A stretch of DNA of 32,000 nucleotides from an uncultured Erysipelotrichaceae bacterium. Lineage in GTDB: Bacteria > Bacillota_I > Bacilli_A > Erysipelotrichales > Erysipelotrichaceae. Location: positions 1,590,001-1,622,000 of the forward strand of contig OW818668.1 of assembly GCA_942493105.1 (NCBI GenBank). Direction: 5' to 3'. The notes under the pieces were generated by a model that made no database searches, had not been told where the DNA came from, and saw only the letters and a program-made list of their open reading frames with translations. Shown in pieces: positions 7,931-16,648 of the stretch. The stretch's first letter is position 1, and each line of letters starts with the position of its first letter. Made by a program: the position numbers and the translations under genes.

Positions 7931-8298
7931 TGACTATCGCTTTTTGTACTACTAATGATTCGATAATCCATGATATTCTCAAAAACCATGTCATAATCCA
8001 ATTCTGCAGTAATAAAAAAATTTCCTGTGTATGTAATTTGAGCTGTCTCCTCTTTAAAAGAAACTTTGACTTCCCAACTTTCAAATTGTAATGTAAATTC
8101 TTTAGGCTTGAAACTTAAAAACTGATCTTTAATAGTTCTGATGGTTTCAATTTCAACCAATGAGAATATGTCTATTTCAACAGCTTTTCTAAACTCAGTA
8201 TTCTTCCTAAATTCATTGACAGCAATGTCGTTAAGCATCACAGTTAACGATAAAAAAGCGATTAAGAAAGGAAATAGTACAAATCCTTTATTTGACAT
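7927..8298 (-). CDS. comGG: ComGG-like competence minor pseudopilin
   Basis: 123 aa, last gene of the comG cluster, with hydrophobic N-terminus MSNKGFVLFPFLIAFLSLTVML. The call rests on position and topology. Confidence 0.6.
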   Translation of the reverse strand: MSNKGFVLFPFLIAFLSLTVMLNDIAVNEFRKNTEFRKAVEIDIFSLVEIETIRTIKDQFLSFKPKEFTLQFESWEVKVSFKEETAQITYTGNFFITAELDYDMVFENIMDYRIISSTKSDSH

Positions 8299-8683
8299 AA
8301 CCTAAAAAAACCTCTTGTTTCTCATTATTGGATTCATAATTAAGCATTATCATTCCTTTGGTTATTATAAGTTCACATTGGTCTAGTTCAATCAAATATT
8401 CCATATAGCCATCATACTCAATCAATTTATCTTCATCACAGAAAATTTCAATCTGTTGATTACGATAGGTTAAATGAAGTCGAAGATCTTTCAAAGAGAT
8501 ATCGCTCCCTAATGCTATACGTTTTCTGACTTGAATGATTCCTATGAAATTTTGTCTTTGAGTGAAATCATAATCATAATTCAATAGTATTCGAAAAAGA
8601 GAGAAAATCATAGAAACGATTAGAGGAAGCATCATTATGACAACTAAAGTTTCGATTAAGGTATATGCTTTTTTAGAATACAT
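8288..8683 (-). CDS. comGF: ComGF-like competence minor pseudopilin
   Basis: 131 aa with prepilin-type N-terminus MYSKKAYTLIETLVVIMMLPL. Confidence 0.7.
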   Translation of the reverse strand: MYSKKAYTLIETLVVIMMLPLIVSMIFSLFRILLNYDYDFTQRQNFIGIIQVRKRIALGSDISLKDLRLHLTYRNQQIEIFCDEDKLIEYDGYMEYLIELDQCELIITKGMIMLNYESNNEKQEVFLGYVK

Positions 8684-8832
8684 AAAACCTCACACTGATT
8701 ATTAATGGTAATAAAATGATAATTTAAGTTAAGAGCTGAGGCTTCTAGTACTATTCGATAAGATAGGCTGATCAACATGATTAACCCTAACATAACGATA
8801 CATAGCTCAATCATCAAAAATCCTTTTCTCAT
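8656..8832 (-). CDS. comGE: ComGE-like small pseudopilin (58 aa, below the ORF-track cut-off)
   Basis: Hand translation: MRKGFLMIELCIVMLGLIMLISLSYRIVLEASALNLNYHFITINNQCEVLCILKKHIP*. It has a prepilin-like N-terminus (KGF-L-IE) and fills the otherwise empty 8684..8806 gap. It overlaps comGD by 26 nt and comGF by 28 nt. Confidence 0.65.
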   Translation of the reverse strand: MRKGFLMIELCIVMLGLIMLISLSYRIVLEASALNLNYHFITINNQCEVLCILKKHIP

Positions 8833-9145
8833 GTATCCTTCCTGTTCCCAACATAATAATGACCTTTTTATTCCCTAATGAAATGGTTTGACTTATGTTG
8901 ACATTTCCGCTGCTATTAAATCGAATTGTATATTCAGAAGGAGTGTCTGTAATCACCTCAAGATTTTCTCTTAAATATAAAGCCATCACTTGCGTATGGA
9001 TCACAGATGATATAAACGCTTTTGAATGTTGTGTAACAAACTGTTTTGGTTTGATCCATATGAAAGATAAACTAAAAACAATTGTTAAAATAAGAATAAC
9101 CTCTATTAAACTACCACCCTTATTCGATTTCAGCTTGTCCTTCAT
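8807..9145 (-). CDS. comGD: ComGD-like competence minor pseudopilin
   Basis: Prepilin motif ..KSNKGGSLIEVILILTIVFSL. I prefer a start at M35 of the track ORF (ATG 9145; ATG 9163 is an alternative). The longer track ORF runs through comGC. Confidence 0.65.
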   Translation of the reverse strand: MKDKLKSNKGGSLIEVILILTIVFSLSFIWIKPKQFVTQHSKAFISSVIHTQVMALYLRENLEVITDTPSEYTIRFNSSGNVNISQTISLGNKKVIIMLGTGRIHEKRIFDD

Positions 9146-9413
9146 TGATGATGATCCGATCATTGTTTTGACATTGTGTTTGTTCCTCCAAGATGTATTC
9201 AGCATCAACCAACTGATCAATACTGTCAACAATTTCATTGAATTCAATTTTGTATTCTAATATGGCAGCATCAATGACTTTTAATTGTGCTTCACATCCC
9301 TTTTTCTCAAAAAGATTGAGTACTTTTTGAATATTAGGAATAGAAAGTAAAAACAAAAGTGTAATTACACTCACGACAACAATCATTTCTAAAAGCGTAA
9401 ATCCCTTTTTCAT
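9120..9413 (-). CDS. comGC: ComGC major competence pseudopilin
   Basis: 97 aa, MKKGFTLLEMIVVVSVITLLFLL (class III signal, G/F-T-L-x-E). SD GGGAGA. The ATG overlaps the comGB TGA (ATGA). Confidence 0.9.
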   Translation of the reverse strand: MKKGFTLLEMIVVVSVITLLFLLSIPNIQKVLNLFEKKGCEAQLKVIDAAILEYKIEFNEIVDSIDQLVDAEYILEEQTQCQNNDRIIINEGQAEIE

Positions 9414-10372
9414 AATAGTTCTCCCATCATTTGAATAGGCATAAGCATAACTTGATAGATGATCACAATCAGCATCATAATCACAAGATATGCATAAATA
9501 AGTATGATTCGGCTATACTTCTTGATTTGATGTATAAGTGAAATTTCCTGAATCAAATTATGATTTTTGAGATACTTTAAAATATCAATTCCTTCCATAT
9601 TCATTTTGAAGTAAGCTTCAAGGTTTGAATCAATAACACCAAATGCATCACTTAAATCTAGTCCTGATTCAAGATCTATCAGAATTTGTCTACATAATGA
9701 GTATAAAACTTGATTTGAACTCCACTGTATTTGCTGGATTACCATTTCTAAATTTCCACCTAATTGATAAAAATAAATGAACTTTTCACAAAACTCACGA
9801 GATATTAGTTTTTGCCAAATATGATGATCAAAATATGAAGATAAAAATGAATATAACAAATTCGGTCGAAAAATTATAAACCACCAAGTTGCACTCAATA
9901 ATAAAATAACCATGATATCAAAACCAATAAGAACATTAAGAGTATTTCTGTAGATATTAATATTGGATATAGGTCCTAAAAATAATAAAAGTGATTCAAA
10001 CAATGGGAAAAGCAGACTATTAACGAAAATCATTACCAAAAAACTGAAACTAAACAAAAAAGCAGGATAACTTATTGATTTAATCAATAATCCATTCAGT
10101 CTTTTTTTAAAGATCATTGAGTATAAAATAGCTTGTAATGCTTTTCTAGGTTCGCACTCTTCCTTAACTCGTTGATATTGAACATAATGGTATTTTTTCA
10201 GGATACTTCTGATGTGTTGTTCATTATTTAAATCAAAGTTAAACAATCGATCAATTTCATCATCATTGATCTCGCTTTCTAGTAAATCAGAGAGAATTTG
10301 ATGACTAATCATAGTATGTTTTCTAGATTTCATTGTATTAAAAATGATTGATTTAAGGTTTGTATAGTTCAT
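9410..10372 (-). CDS. comGB: ComGB competence pilus platform membrane protein (PilC/GspF family)
   Basis: 320 aa, polytopic membrane protein located between comGA and comGC. The start is uncertain (in-frame alternatives at 10333 and 10312). Confidence 0.8.
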   Translation of the reverse strand: MNYTNLKSIIFNTMKSRKHTMISHQILSDLLESEINDDEIDRLFNFDLNNEQHIRSILKKYHYVQYQRVKEECEPRKALQAILYSMIFKKRLNGLLIKSISYPAFLFSFSFLVMIFVNSLLFPLFESLLLFLGPISNINIYRNTLNVLIGFDIMVILLLSATWWFIIFRPNLLYSFLSSYFDHHIWQKLISREFCEKFIYFYQLGGNLEMVIQQIQWSSNQVLYSLCRQILIDLESGLDLSDAFGVIDSNLEAYFKMNMEGIDILKYLKNHNLIQEISLIHQIKKYSRIILIYAYLVIMMLIVIIYQVMLMPIQMMGELL

Positions 10373-11306
10373 AGGTCATTTTTCTTATTTTTCCATCTGT
10401 TCGTAGTTCTTGATGGATGATCAAGTTTATGACAGATATGAGTTCATCATGATTTAAACCAAGATTATGAAGTCGATCTAGTGTTTTGCTCGCAGAATTT
10501 GAATGAATTGTAGAAAAAACCAAATGTCCTGTTAGAGCGGAGCGTATTGCCGCTTTAGCTTCCCTTTCATCTCTTATTTCACCAATAACGATAATATTGG
10601 GATCATGTCTCAATATTTGCTTAATGGCTGTTTCAAACGAGAGATCTTGGCGTTCATTAACTTGAAGCTGAATCAAATTTGAATGATAACTTTCAATTGG
10701 ATCCTCGATGGTATATATTTTTTTATCTTTATATGAATTTAAAAGAGTATATAGTGTTGTTGTTTTTCCACTGCCAGTACTTCCGGATATTAAAATTAAA
10801 CCAGATGATTTATTGAGTTCATTTTGTATTAAAACCAGATCATTTTCCATAAACAAGGATTCAATAACTAAATATCTAGGTGGATTCATAATTCGAATAA
10901 CAATGGTTTCCATAGAGTTATTCTTAATATGAGCAACACGTAATTGAATAGATTTTTCACCAATCAACACTTTAAAATAACCTGTTTGCGGTTTATAACT
11001 TTTTAGAAGATCTAGCTTTGCTTTATATTTTATGTATTCAAGTAAATTTCTATTCAAATCAATAGTTTTAAGACTAATAAGACCTTTAATGGTTCTTAGC
11101 TCACATTGACATTCTCCTTGTTTAAAAGTCAAATGTAAATCTGTGCTTTTCATTTTAATGGCTTTAAGGATTAAAGAGTTAAAAAAAACTTCTGTGTTCA
11201 TATTCAGTGATATGAGGCAGAAGTTGTTTTTCCTATTTGAGATAGATGTTATATTTTTTTTCTTGATCAAGAGTAGTGTGTTCATCGTGTCCTGGATAAA
11301 CGACAT
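10353..11306 (-). CDS. comGA: ComGA competence pilus assembly ATPase (PilB/GspE family)
   Basis: Walker A GSTGSGKTT, EDPIE, Walker B IIVIGEIRD, His box TGHLVFSTIHSN. The start is uncertain: ATG 11306 overlaps the upstream MBL gene by 74 nt, ATG 11201 avoids the overlap, and neither has a clear SD. Confidence 0.88.
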   Translation of the reverse strand: MSFIQDTMNTLLLIKKKNITSISNRKNNFCLISLNMNTEVFFNSLILKAIKMKSTDLHLTFKQGECQCELRTIKGLISLKTIDLNRNLLEYIKYKAKLDLLKSYKPQTGYFKVLIGEKSIQLRVAHIKNNSMETIVIRIMNPPRYLVIESLFMENDLVLIQNELNKSSGLILISGSTGSGKTTTLYTLLNSYKDKKIYTIEDPIESYHSNLIQLQVNERQDLSFETAIKQILRHDPNIIVIGEIRDEREAKAAIRSALTGHLVFSTIHSNSASKTLDRLHNLGLNHDELISVINLIIHQELRTDGKIRKMTYELYKP

Positions 11307-11826
11307 AGTTTTGATCCAACGCTTTTAATTTTCGTAAACTTTGCTTCATTTTAGTTGGATTGCCTGTTTTTAAATCAGTTCTTCCAACACTTTGCATAAA
11401 CAAAGTATCCCCACTAAACAAATTGTTTTCAATAATCAAACAAACTGAACCTTCTGTATGACCTGGTGTTTCAATCACTTCGATTTTAAATTCACCGATT
11501 TGAAGGTTGTTTGTATAATGTATCGTGTCAGCATCGACTACAAACCTTTTTGGGAAAGAATAGTTTAATTCAGGATTGCTAAGCAAAGGCTCATCATCTT
11601 CATGTAGATAAACAGGACAAGTAAAATGCGTCAACAATTCATTGAGTGCACCGATATGATCAAAGTGAGCATGAGTTAAAAGGATTGCGATCACTTCCCG
11701 TTCATTGATCGCAGTTAATATCCGTTCAGCCTTTGCTCCGGGGTCTATAACAATTACTTTTTCATTGATTGAAAGAACATAACAATTGGTTTGAAGAATA
11801 CCTACTTTTATGGTTTGAATGTCCAT
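11233..11826 (-). CDS. MBL-fold metallo-hydrolase (glyoxalase II-like, YqgX type)
   Basis: 197 aa with the THAHFDH motif, a later GHTEGS, and a C-terminal PGHD. Confidence 0.85.
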   Translation of the reverse strand: MDIQTIKVGILQTNCYVLSINEKVIVIDPGAKAERILTAINEREVIAILLTHAHFDHIGALNELLTHFTCPVYLHEDDEPLLSNPELNYSFPKRFVVDADTIHYTNNLQIGEFKIEVIETPGHTEGSVCLIIENNLFSGDTLFMQSVGRTDLKTGNPTKMKQSLRKLKALDQNYVVYPGHDEHTTLDQEKKYNIYLK

Positions 11827-11831
11827 ATAGC

Positions 11832-11849
11832 AAAAAAGCCGTGAGGCTT
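11832..11849 (-). terminator. Short intrinsic terminator after rpmG
   Basis: Minus-strand RNA: uAAGCC-UCAC-GGCUU-UUUUUG. The stem is only 5 bp and includes part of the stop codon. It ends 5 nt before the MBL ATG. Confidence 0.55.
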
Positions 11850-11997
11850 ATTTTTTTTCCTTATGCATGGTTTGTTTGTTGCATCTTGGACAAAACTTCT
11901 TAACTTCCATCTTTTCAGGATGCTTCTTTTTATTTCTGGTGTTAATGTAGTTTTCTTCGTTGCAAACAGTACATTTGAACATAATGTTCTCTCTCAT
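11848..11997 (-). CDS. rpmG: 50S ribosomal protein L33 (Cys-containing zinc-ribbon form)
   Basis: Hand translation: MRENIMFKCTVCNEENYINTRNKKKHPEKMEVKKFCPRCNKQTMHKEKK* (49 aa, CxxC...CxxC). SD AAAGGAGA. Not in the ORF track (<60 aa). Confidence 0.92.
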   Translation of the reverse strand: MRENIMFKCTVCNEENYINTRNKKKHPEKMEVKKFCPRCNKQTMHKEKK

Positions 11998-12022
11998 ATT
12001 GTTCTCCTTTTAACGCTTAATT

Positions 12023-12031
12023 AGTATAACA
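12023..12031 (-). promoter_or_regulatory. Extended -10 promoter (TGtTATACT) for rpmG
   Basis: The minus strand reads catATGtTATACTaattaagcgttaaaaggagaacaatATG. Confidence 0.45.
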
Positions 12032-12044
12032 TATGCTTTTTGAT

Positions 12045-14114
12045 TTATCTACCAGAAAAATAATATTGCATAACTTCATGGACAACACGGTTACAAATGT
12101 TCTCGTATAAGAAGGCATTATAGAATGCATTAGGCACTCCGCATGCAACTGAGATTTCAGGATTACCATATGGAGCATATGCAATGGCAAGTGAATTTGA
12201 AGATTCTATGAGTTTACCATTTTTATCTAAAATAAATGTTTCAGCAGTACCTGTTTTTGCTGCAACTTGAACTGGAATGGTTTGAAATGATCTGCAACCG
12301 CCTATGGTTACACAGGACCTAAACCCTTCTTGCACTCTTTTGATCGCCATTTTATTATCAAGTACATTGAGTATCGTTACATCATTTTGATACGTGTTGA
12401 TGTTTGAATTGGGTTCTGTGGCATTTAATAACAATCTTGGTTCAACACGATAACCTCCATTGGCGATCGTAGATATGTACTGGGCCAATTGAATCATGGT
12501 GTATGTGTCATATTGACCAATCGCAAAATCCAATAGATGACCACCTTGGGTCGCTGATCCTTTATAACCTGTAGCTTCAAATGGAACATCGACTCCAGTC
12601 AAACTTCCCAACCCAAATTGACTATAGTAATTTCGCATGACATTAAATGCTGAAACATCAATGTTTAAACTTTGGTCATATTTATAGGTTGCCCCACCTA
12701 ATCTCATCGCAATATGAAACATATACACATTGCTAGAAAAAGCTATCGCCTGTACATCAGTTAGTTTCCCTAAATATTTATAGGATTTTTTTAAAGGTGT
12801 TTCTTTGATTTTTATAGCAAGATCATCTATGATCTCTCCTGGTTTAATTACACCTTCAGACAAGCCCATATAAACAGTAGCTCCTTTTATCGTTGATCCA
12901 ATGTTCATTGCTTGAGTAAAGATACGGTTCACATCGTTGACGATAACCCCATTTTCATACCCCATAGATACCAATGTTAAAATGTCTCCATTATTAGGAT
13001 TCATGATGACCAGATTGATGTTTTGAAGATAAGCTCTAAATTTATCCTTAGATGCGATTTGTACCCAGTTGGATACGATTTTTTCCACTTGTTCCTGAAG
13101 TTTTAAATCAATACTCAAATAGAGATCTTGGCCATTAGAACCTGCATTTATCTCTTTAAATCGGGCTAATCCATTCTCATCATATTTAACTTCAAGTGTA
13201 CTTTCTTGACCTTTAAGTAAATTTTCATAATATAATTCAATTCCTGTTTTTCCAATAACACTGTTTCTTGAATACCCCAAAGCAAGATGATACAGTAAAC
13301 TATCTGAACTAAGCCCTTGCTTACTGGTGGTAACTGTACCTAACAGACGTTTTAACATTTGATCATTAGGATAAGTTCGATCATAGTAAACTTGAGCATC
13401 AAATCCAAAGAAATCACTGTTATTCTCAGAGAAATAAGCAATTTCTTGTATAGAACAGTTATCTTTAATCATTTTTATGCTTTTGGCAGGAGCTGCATTC
13501 ATCAATGTATATACGATATAAGCACTTTTAGTCGCATCATCAAAAGAAGTATATTCTGTCTCTGTAATCCTTTCTAATTTTAACTGATAGATATCCTCAT
13601 CACTTAAATCTCCATTATAATATTGCTTCCATTCTTCAAGGGTTATTTTTTTAGTTGCCAATTCAGGGAACTTAAAAATAAATAAATCTTTAAGATCTCG
13701 TGGGTATAAGCTTGAATTATCTATTTCAAAATGTTTAATGAAATTGACAGCCATATTCCATTCTTCTTCATTTGTGATTCCTTGTGGAGGATAATAAACA
13801 AGTGATAAACGCTCTTGATTACTGACCATGATATCCCCATTACGATCGTATATAATGCCTCGCTGTAAAGGTAAGCCAATGGTTGTTTTAGTGAAGTTTT
13901 CAAGTTTATCTATGTAGATCTGATTCTTAATGATTTGTAGGGAGTATAAATTGACCCATACTAAACTAAATAATAGTAAAACGGTAATAATGATGATTTT
14001 AAAACGTCGATCTAAAGATCGATCTAGGTTAAATTCTTTTTCTTTGTTTGAGTTGACTTCAGCTAAATCCTTGTCTTCTTGGCTTGGAGTCTTATTTATC
14101 TTTAGTTTGATCAC
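12045..14114 (-). CDS. Class B penicillin-binding protein (peptidoglycan D,D-transpeptidase, PBP2/PBP2b type)
   Basis: 689 aa with an N-terminal TM anchor, SxxK (STIK), SxN (SSN) and KTG (KTGTA). The GTG start at 14114 is the first possible start after an in-frame TAG (14139..14141). No SD. Confidence 0.9.
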   Translation of the reverse strand: MIKLKINKTPSQEDKDLAEVNSNKEKEFNLDRSLDRRFKIIIITVLLLFSLVWVNLYSLQIIKNQIYIDKLENFTKTTIGLPLQRGIIYDRNGDIMVSNQERLSLVYYPPQGITNEEEWNMAVNFIKHFEIDNSSLYPRDLKDLFIFKFPELATKKITLEEWKQYYNGDLSDEDIYQLKLERITETEYTSFDDATKSAYIVYTLMNAAPAKSIKMIKDNCSIQEIAYFSENNSDFFGFDAQVYYDRTYPNDQMLKRLLGTVTTSKQGLSSDSLLYHLALGYSRNSVIGKTGIELYYENLLKGQESTLEVKYDENGLARFKEINAGSNGQDLYLSIDLKLQEQVEKIVSNWVQIASKDKFRAYLQNINLVIMNPNNGDILTLVSMGYENGVIVNDVNRIFTQAMNIGSTIKGATVYMGLSEGVIKPGEIIDDLAIKIKETPLKKSYKYLGKLTDVQAIAFSSNVYMFHIAMRLGGATYKYDQSLNIDVSAFNVMRNYYSQFGLGSLTGVDVPFEATGYKGSATQGGHLLDFAIGQYDTYTMIQLAQYISTIANGGYRVEPRLLLNATEPNSNINTYQNDVTILNVLDNKMAIKRVQEGFRSCVTIGGCRSFQTIPVQVAAKTGTAETFILDKNGKLIESSNSLAIAYAPYGNPEISVACGVPNAFYNAFLYENICNRVVHEVMQYYFSGR

Positions 14115-14120
14115 AGGTCT

Positions 14121-14126
14121 ATTATA
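14121..14126 (-). promoter_or_regulatory. -10 box TATAAT exactly 6 nt upstream of the PBP GTG start (leaderless geometry)
   Basis: The minus strand reads gtgttTATAATagacctGTG. Confidence 0.4.
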
Positions 14127-14177
14127 AACACTTAATGGCTAAAATCATAGTGTGATATACTTGTTTAGAGGTTGAAA

Positions 14178-15248
14178 ATGAAAAGAACAGAAACACGAAG
14201 CATCCTTGTTAAAGACGTACAAATAGGTGGACAAAACAAAGTTGTCATCCAATCTATGACCAATACCAAAACAAAAGACATAGAAGCTACAATTGCTCAA
14301 ATCAAAGCTCTAGAAGGCTTTGGTTGTGAACTGATACGCCTAGCGATCCTTGATGAAGAAGACGCTTATGCAATAAAAGAACTCGTAAAAGCTTCTAAAG
14401 TGCCTTTGGTTGCAGATATTCATTTTAATTATAAGTTAGCACTTATTGCAATAGAATGCGGTATTCATAAAATACGACTCAATCCGGGCAACATAAAAAA
14501 TAAGGATCATATTGCCTTGGTGGTTAAAGCATGTAAAGAAAAACATATACCTATAAGAATTGGAATCAACAGTGGATCATTGGAAAAGAATATTTTAGCT
14601 AAATATGACAATGTTCCATGTGCTGAAGCCATGATCGAATCGGCTTGGGAACATGTAAATATCTTAACTTCACTGGATTTTCATGAAATCGCATTATCAT
14701 TTAAATCAAGCGATGTTCGATTAACCATCGATGTGTATGAAAAGGCATCAAAGATATTCCCCTATCCTCTTCATTTAGGAGTTACAGAAGCAGGTACACT
14801 TTTAACTTCATCAATCAAGTCTTCTGCTGCCTTAGGAGTATTACTCCATCAAGGAATTGGGGATACCATACGAATTTCCATTAGTGATGATCCTGTTGAA
14901 GAAATTAAAGTTGCTAAACAATTACTTAAAGCATTCGGGTTATATAAAAATGTAGCAGATTTGGTTGCCTGTCCGACTTGTGGACGACTACAGTATGATA
15001 TGTTACCGATTGTGAATGAGATTGAATCCTATTTAAACAATATCCAAAAAGATATTACAGTAGCCGTTATGGGTTGTCCTGTCAATGGTCCCCAAGAAGC
15101 TTCCAGAGCTGATATTGGTGTTGCGGGTGGTTATAAAGAAGCCCTTTTGTTTAGGAAGGGGAAATTTATACGCTCAATTCCTCAAATTTCAATCGTAGAA
15201 GAATTAAAAGCCGAAATTGATAAGTATATTATTGAAAACAAACTATAA
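14178..15248 (+). CDS. ispG: 4-hydroxy-3-methylbut-2-en-1-yl diphosphate synthase (MEP pathway)
   Basis: 356 aa from ATG 14178 (SD AGAGG 14167..14171). The track ORF starts 2 codons earlier at TTG. Fe-S cysteines in CPTCGR and GCPVNG. Confidence 0.95.
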   Translation: MKRTETRSILVKDVQIGGQNKVVIQSMTNTKTKDIEATIAQIKALEGFGCELIRLAILDEEDAYAIKELVKASKVPLVADIHFNYKLALIAIECGIHKIRLNPGNIKNKDHIALVVKACKEKHIPIRIGINSGSLEKNILAKYDNVPCAEAMIESAWEHVNILTSLDFHEIALSFKSSDVRLTIDVYEKASKIFPYPLHLGVTEAGTLLTSSIKSSAALGVLLHQGIGDTIRISISDDPVEEIKVAKQLLKAFGLYKNVADLVACPTCGRLQYDMLPIVNEIESYLNNIQKDITVAVMGCPVNGPQEASRADIGVAGGYKEALLFRKGKFIRSIPQISIVEELKAEIDKYIIENKL

Positions 15249-15280
15249 AAAAGGGAATCACTTCGGTTGATTCCCTTTTT
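15247..15280. terminator. Bidirectional intrinsic terminator shared by convergent ispG and the helicase
   Basis: AAAAAAGGGAATCA-cttcggt-TGATTCCCTTTTT. The last codons of the helicase lie inside the hairpin. Confidence 0.8.
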
Positions 15281-16586
15281 CTATCTGATTGATCTTAGAT
15301 TTGATGTGTTGTTGTTCTTTGATTGATTTCTTGATCATAACACGTCGTGCTTTACGTTTGATGCTTTCAATTTCTTGTTCTTTTTTCTTCTTATAATTAG
15401 GTTTGACAGCGACTTTTTTCTGATTGACGATACGTGCTATTGCTTTATCAGCTTCTTTCTTTCTAAACGTGAACTTAAACCCATAAGGTTTCATTTCTCT
15501 TAAAGAATTGTCAGCTAAATTACGATGTTCAAAATAAATACCGCGATCGATCAATTGACGAATGCCTTGATCATCTTTAATCGTATAGAAAATATAGCTT
15601 TGTCCCGTTCGACCTGTACGACCTGTTCGACCAGCTCGATGAATATAGAAGTCGAGATCTTTAGGTAATCCAATGGATATGACATCACTGATTTCTGGAA
15701 TATCAATGCCTCGTGCTGCAAGATCTGTTGTCAACACATAAGATACTTGTTGATTTCTGATCAAAGTCAAATTTTGTGTTCGTTCACGGGCACTTAATTT
15801 ACCATGCAGAACGATATGTTTCATGCCCTTTTCATTAAAGGCATTGCTTAGTTTATTTAATTCATCTAGATTGTTTAAAAATATCAAAGCTATGTAAGGA
15901 TTGATCACATTAAACAAATCAACCAAGACCTCAGATGATCTATGTTTAAGCGGAATTAGAAAATGTTTGATCTTAGGATCGAATTTTACATCATGATCAA
16001 TTGAAATCTGTTCTGGATTTTTAAGATATTTTTTAATGAAAGACTTAAGATTGTCTGGAACCGTAGCACTAAAAACCAAAGTTTGATGTTGAGCTTTAAT
16101 TTTATCCATGAGGGCATCCAGATCTTCAATCGTGCTTTTCTCAAGCATCATATCTGCTTCATCGATGACGATCACTTTGGGACGTTGAATCTGCAAAACA
16201 TTTTCTTCAATAAACATGGCTTTCAATCGACCTAATGTTCCAATGATAATATGACTCTTTAAGGTATCTGGATTGATTTTATCAGAACCCTTAGTAATCA
16301 TTTTCACACTCAATTTTGGATCCAGAGTCTTAAATGGTTGAATCATATTGAAAACTTGTTTAGCCAATTCTAAGGTTGGAACAAGAATCAAAGCTTGAGT
16401 TTCATTTTGATTGGTATCAATTAAATTAAATAACGGAAATAAATAAGCATGTGTCTTTCCTGTTCCTGTTTTAGAAACGGCAATTAAATCTTTGCCTGCT
16501 ACAGCAAGCGGAAAAACGCTCTCTTGAACGGCTGTCGAATCTTTAAATCCAAAAACGGTATTCAGTGTTGTTAAGGTATATTTCAT
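15258..16586 (-). CDS. DEAD-box ATP-dependent RNA helicase with Lys-rich C-terminal tail
   Basis: 442 aa. Motifs: Q, I (SKTGTGKT), Ia (PTLELA), II (DEAD), III (SAT), VI (HRAGRTGRTGRTG). SD GGGAG. Confidence 0.92.
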   Translation of the reverse strand: MKYTLTTLNTVFGFKDSTAVQESVFPLAVAGKDLIAVSKTGTGKTHAYLFPLFNLIDTNQNETQALILVPTLELAKQVFNMIQPFKTLDPKLSVKMITKGSDKINPDTLKSHIIIGTLGRLKAMFIEENVLQIQRPKVIVIDEADMMLEKSTIEDLDALMDKIKAQHQTLVFSATVPDNLKSFIKKYLKNPEQISIDHDVKFDPKIKHFLIPLKHRSSEVLVDLFNVINPYIALIFLNNLDELNKLSNAFNEKGMKHIVLHGKLSARERTQNLTLIRNQQVSYVLTTDLAARGIDIPEISDVISIGLPKDLDFYIHRAGRTGRTGRTGQSYIFYTIKDDQGIRQLIDRGIYFEHRNLADNSLREMKPYGFKFTFRKKEADKAIARIVNQKKVAVKPNYKKKKEQEIESIKRKARRVMIKKSIKEQQHIKSKINQIEKGNQPK

Positions 16587-16600
16587 AAGTCTCCCGCACC

Positions 16601-16629
16601 ATTATAATGATTTTTATCTTTAAATGCAA
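16601..16629 (-). promoter_or_regulatory. Candidate sigma-A promoter for the helicase
   Basis: Minus strand: TTGCAT - 17 nt - TATAAT, then 8 nt to SD GGGAG. Confidence 0.55.
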
Positions 16630-16633
16630 AATA

Positions 16634-16642
16634 TGTTATAGT
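16634..16642 (+). promoter_or_regulatory. Extended -10 (TGtTATAGT) exactly 6 nt upstream of the ispH ATG (leaderless geometry)
   Basis: The plus strand reads aTGtTATAGTttatgcATGAAAAAC. No SD is present. Confidence 0.4.
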
Positions 16643-16648
16643 TTATGC

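Noticed and set aside
8895-9260. 121-aa plus-strand ORF antisense to comGD/comGC
   Set aside because: The region is explained by pseudopilin genes with prepilin motifs on the minus strand.
14140-14161. ispG promoter (TAAAAT at 14140..14145 or TGaTATACT at 14153..14161)
   Set aside because: There are two competing candidates. The stronger one would place the TSS inside the SD (14167..14171), and neither has a good -35. Left unannotated.
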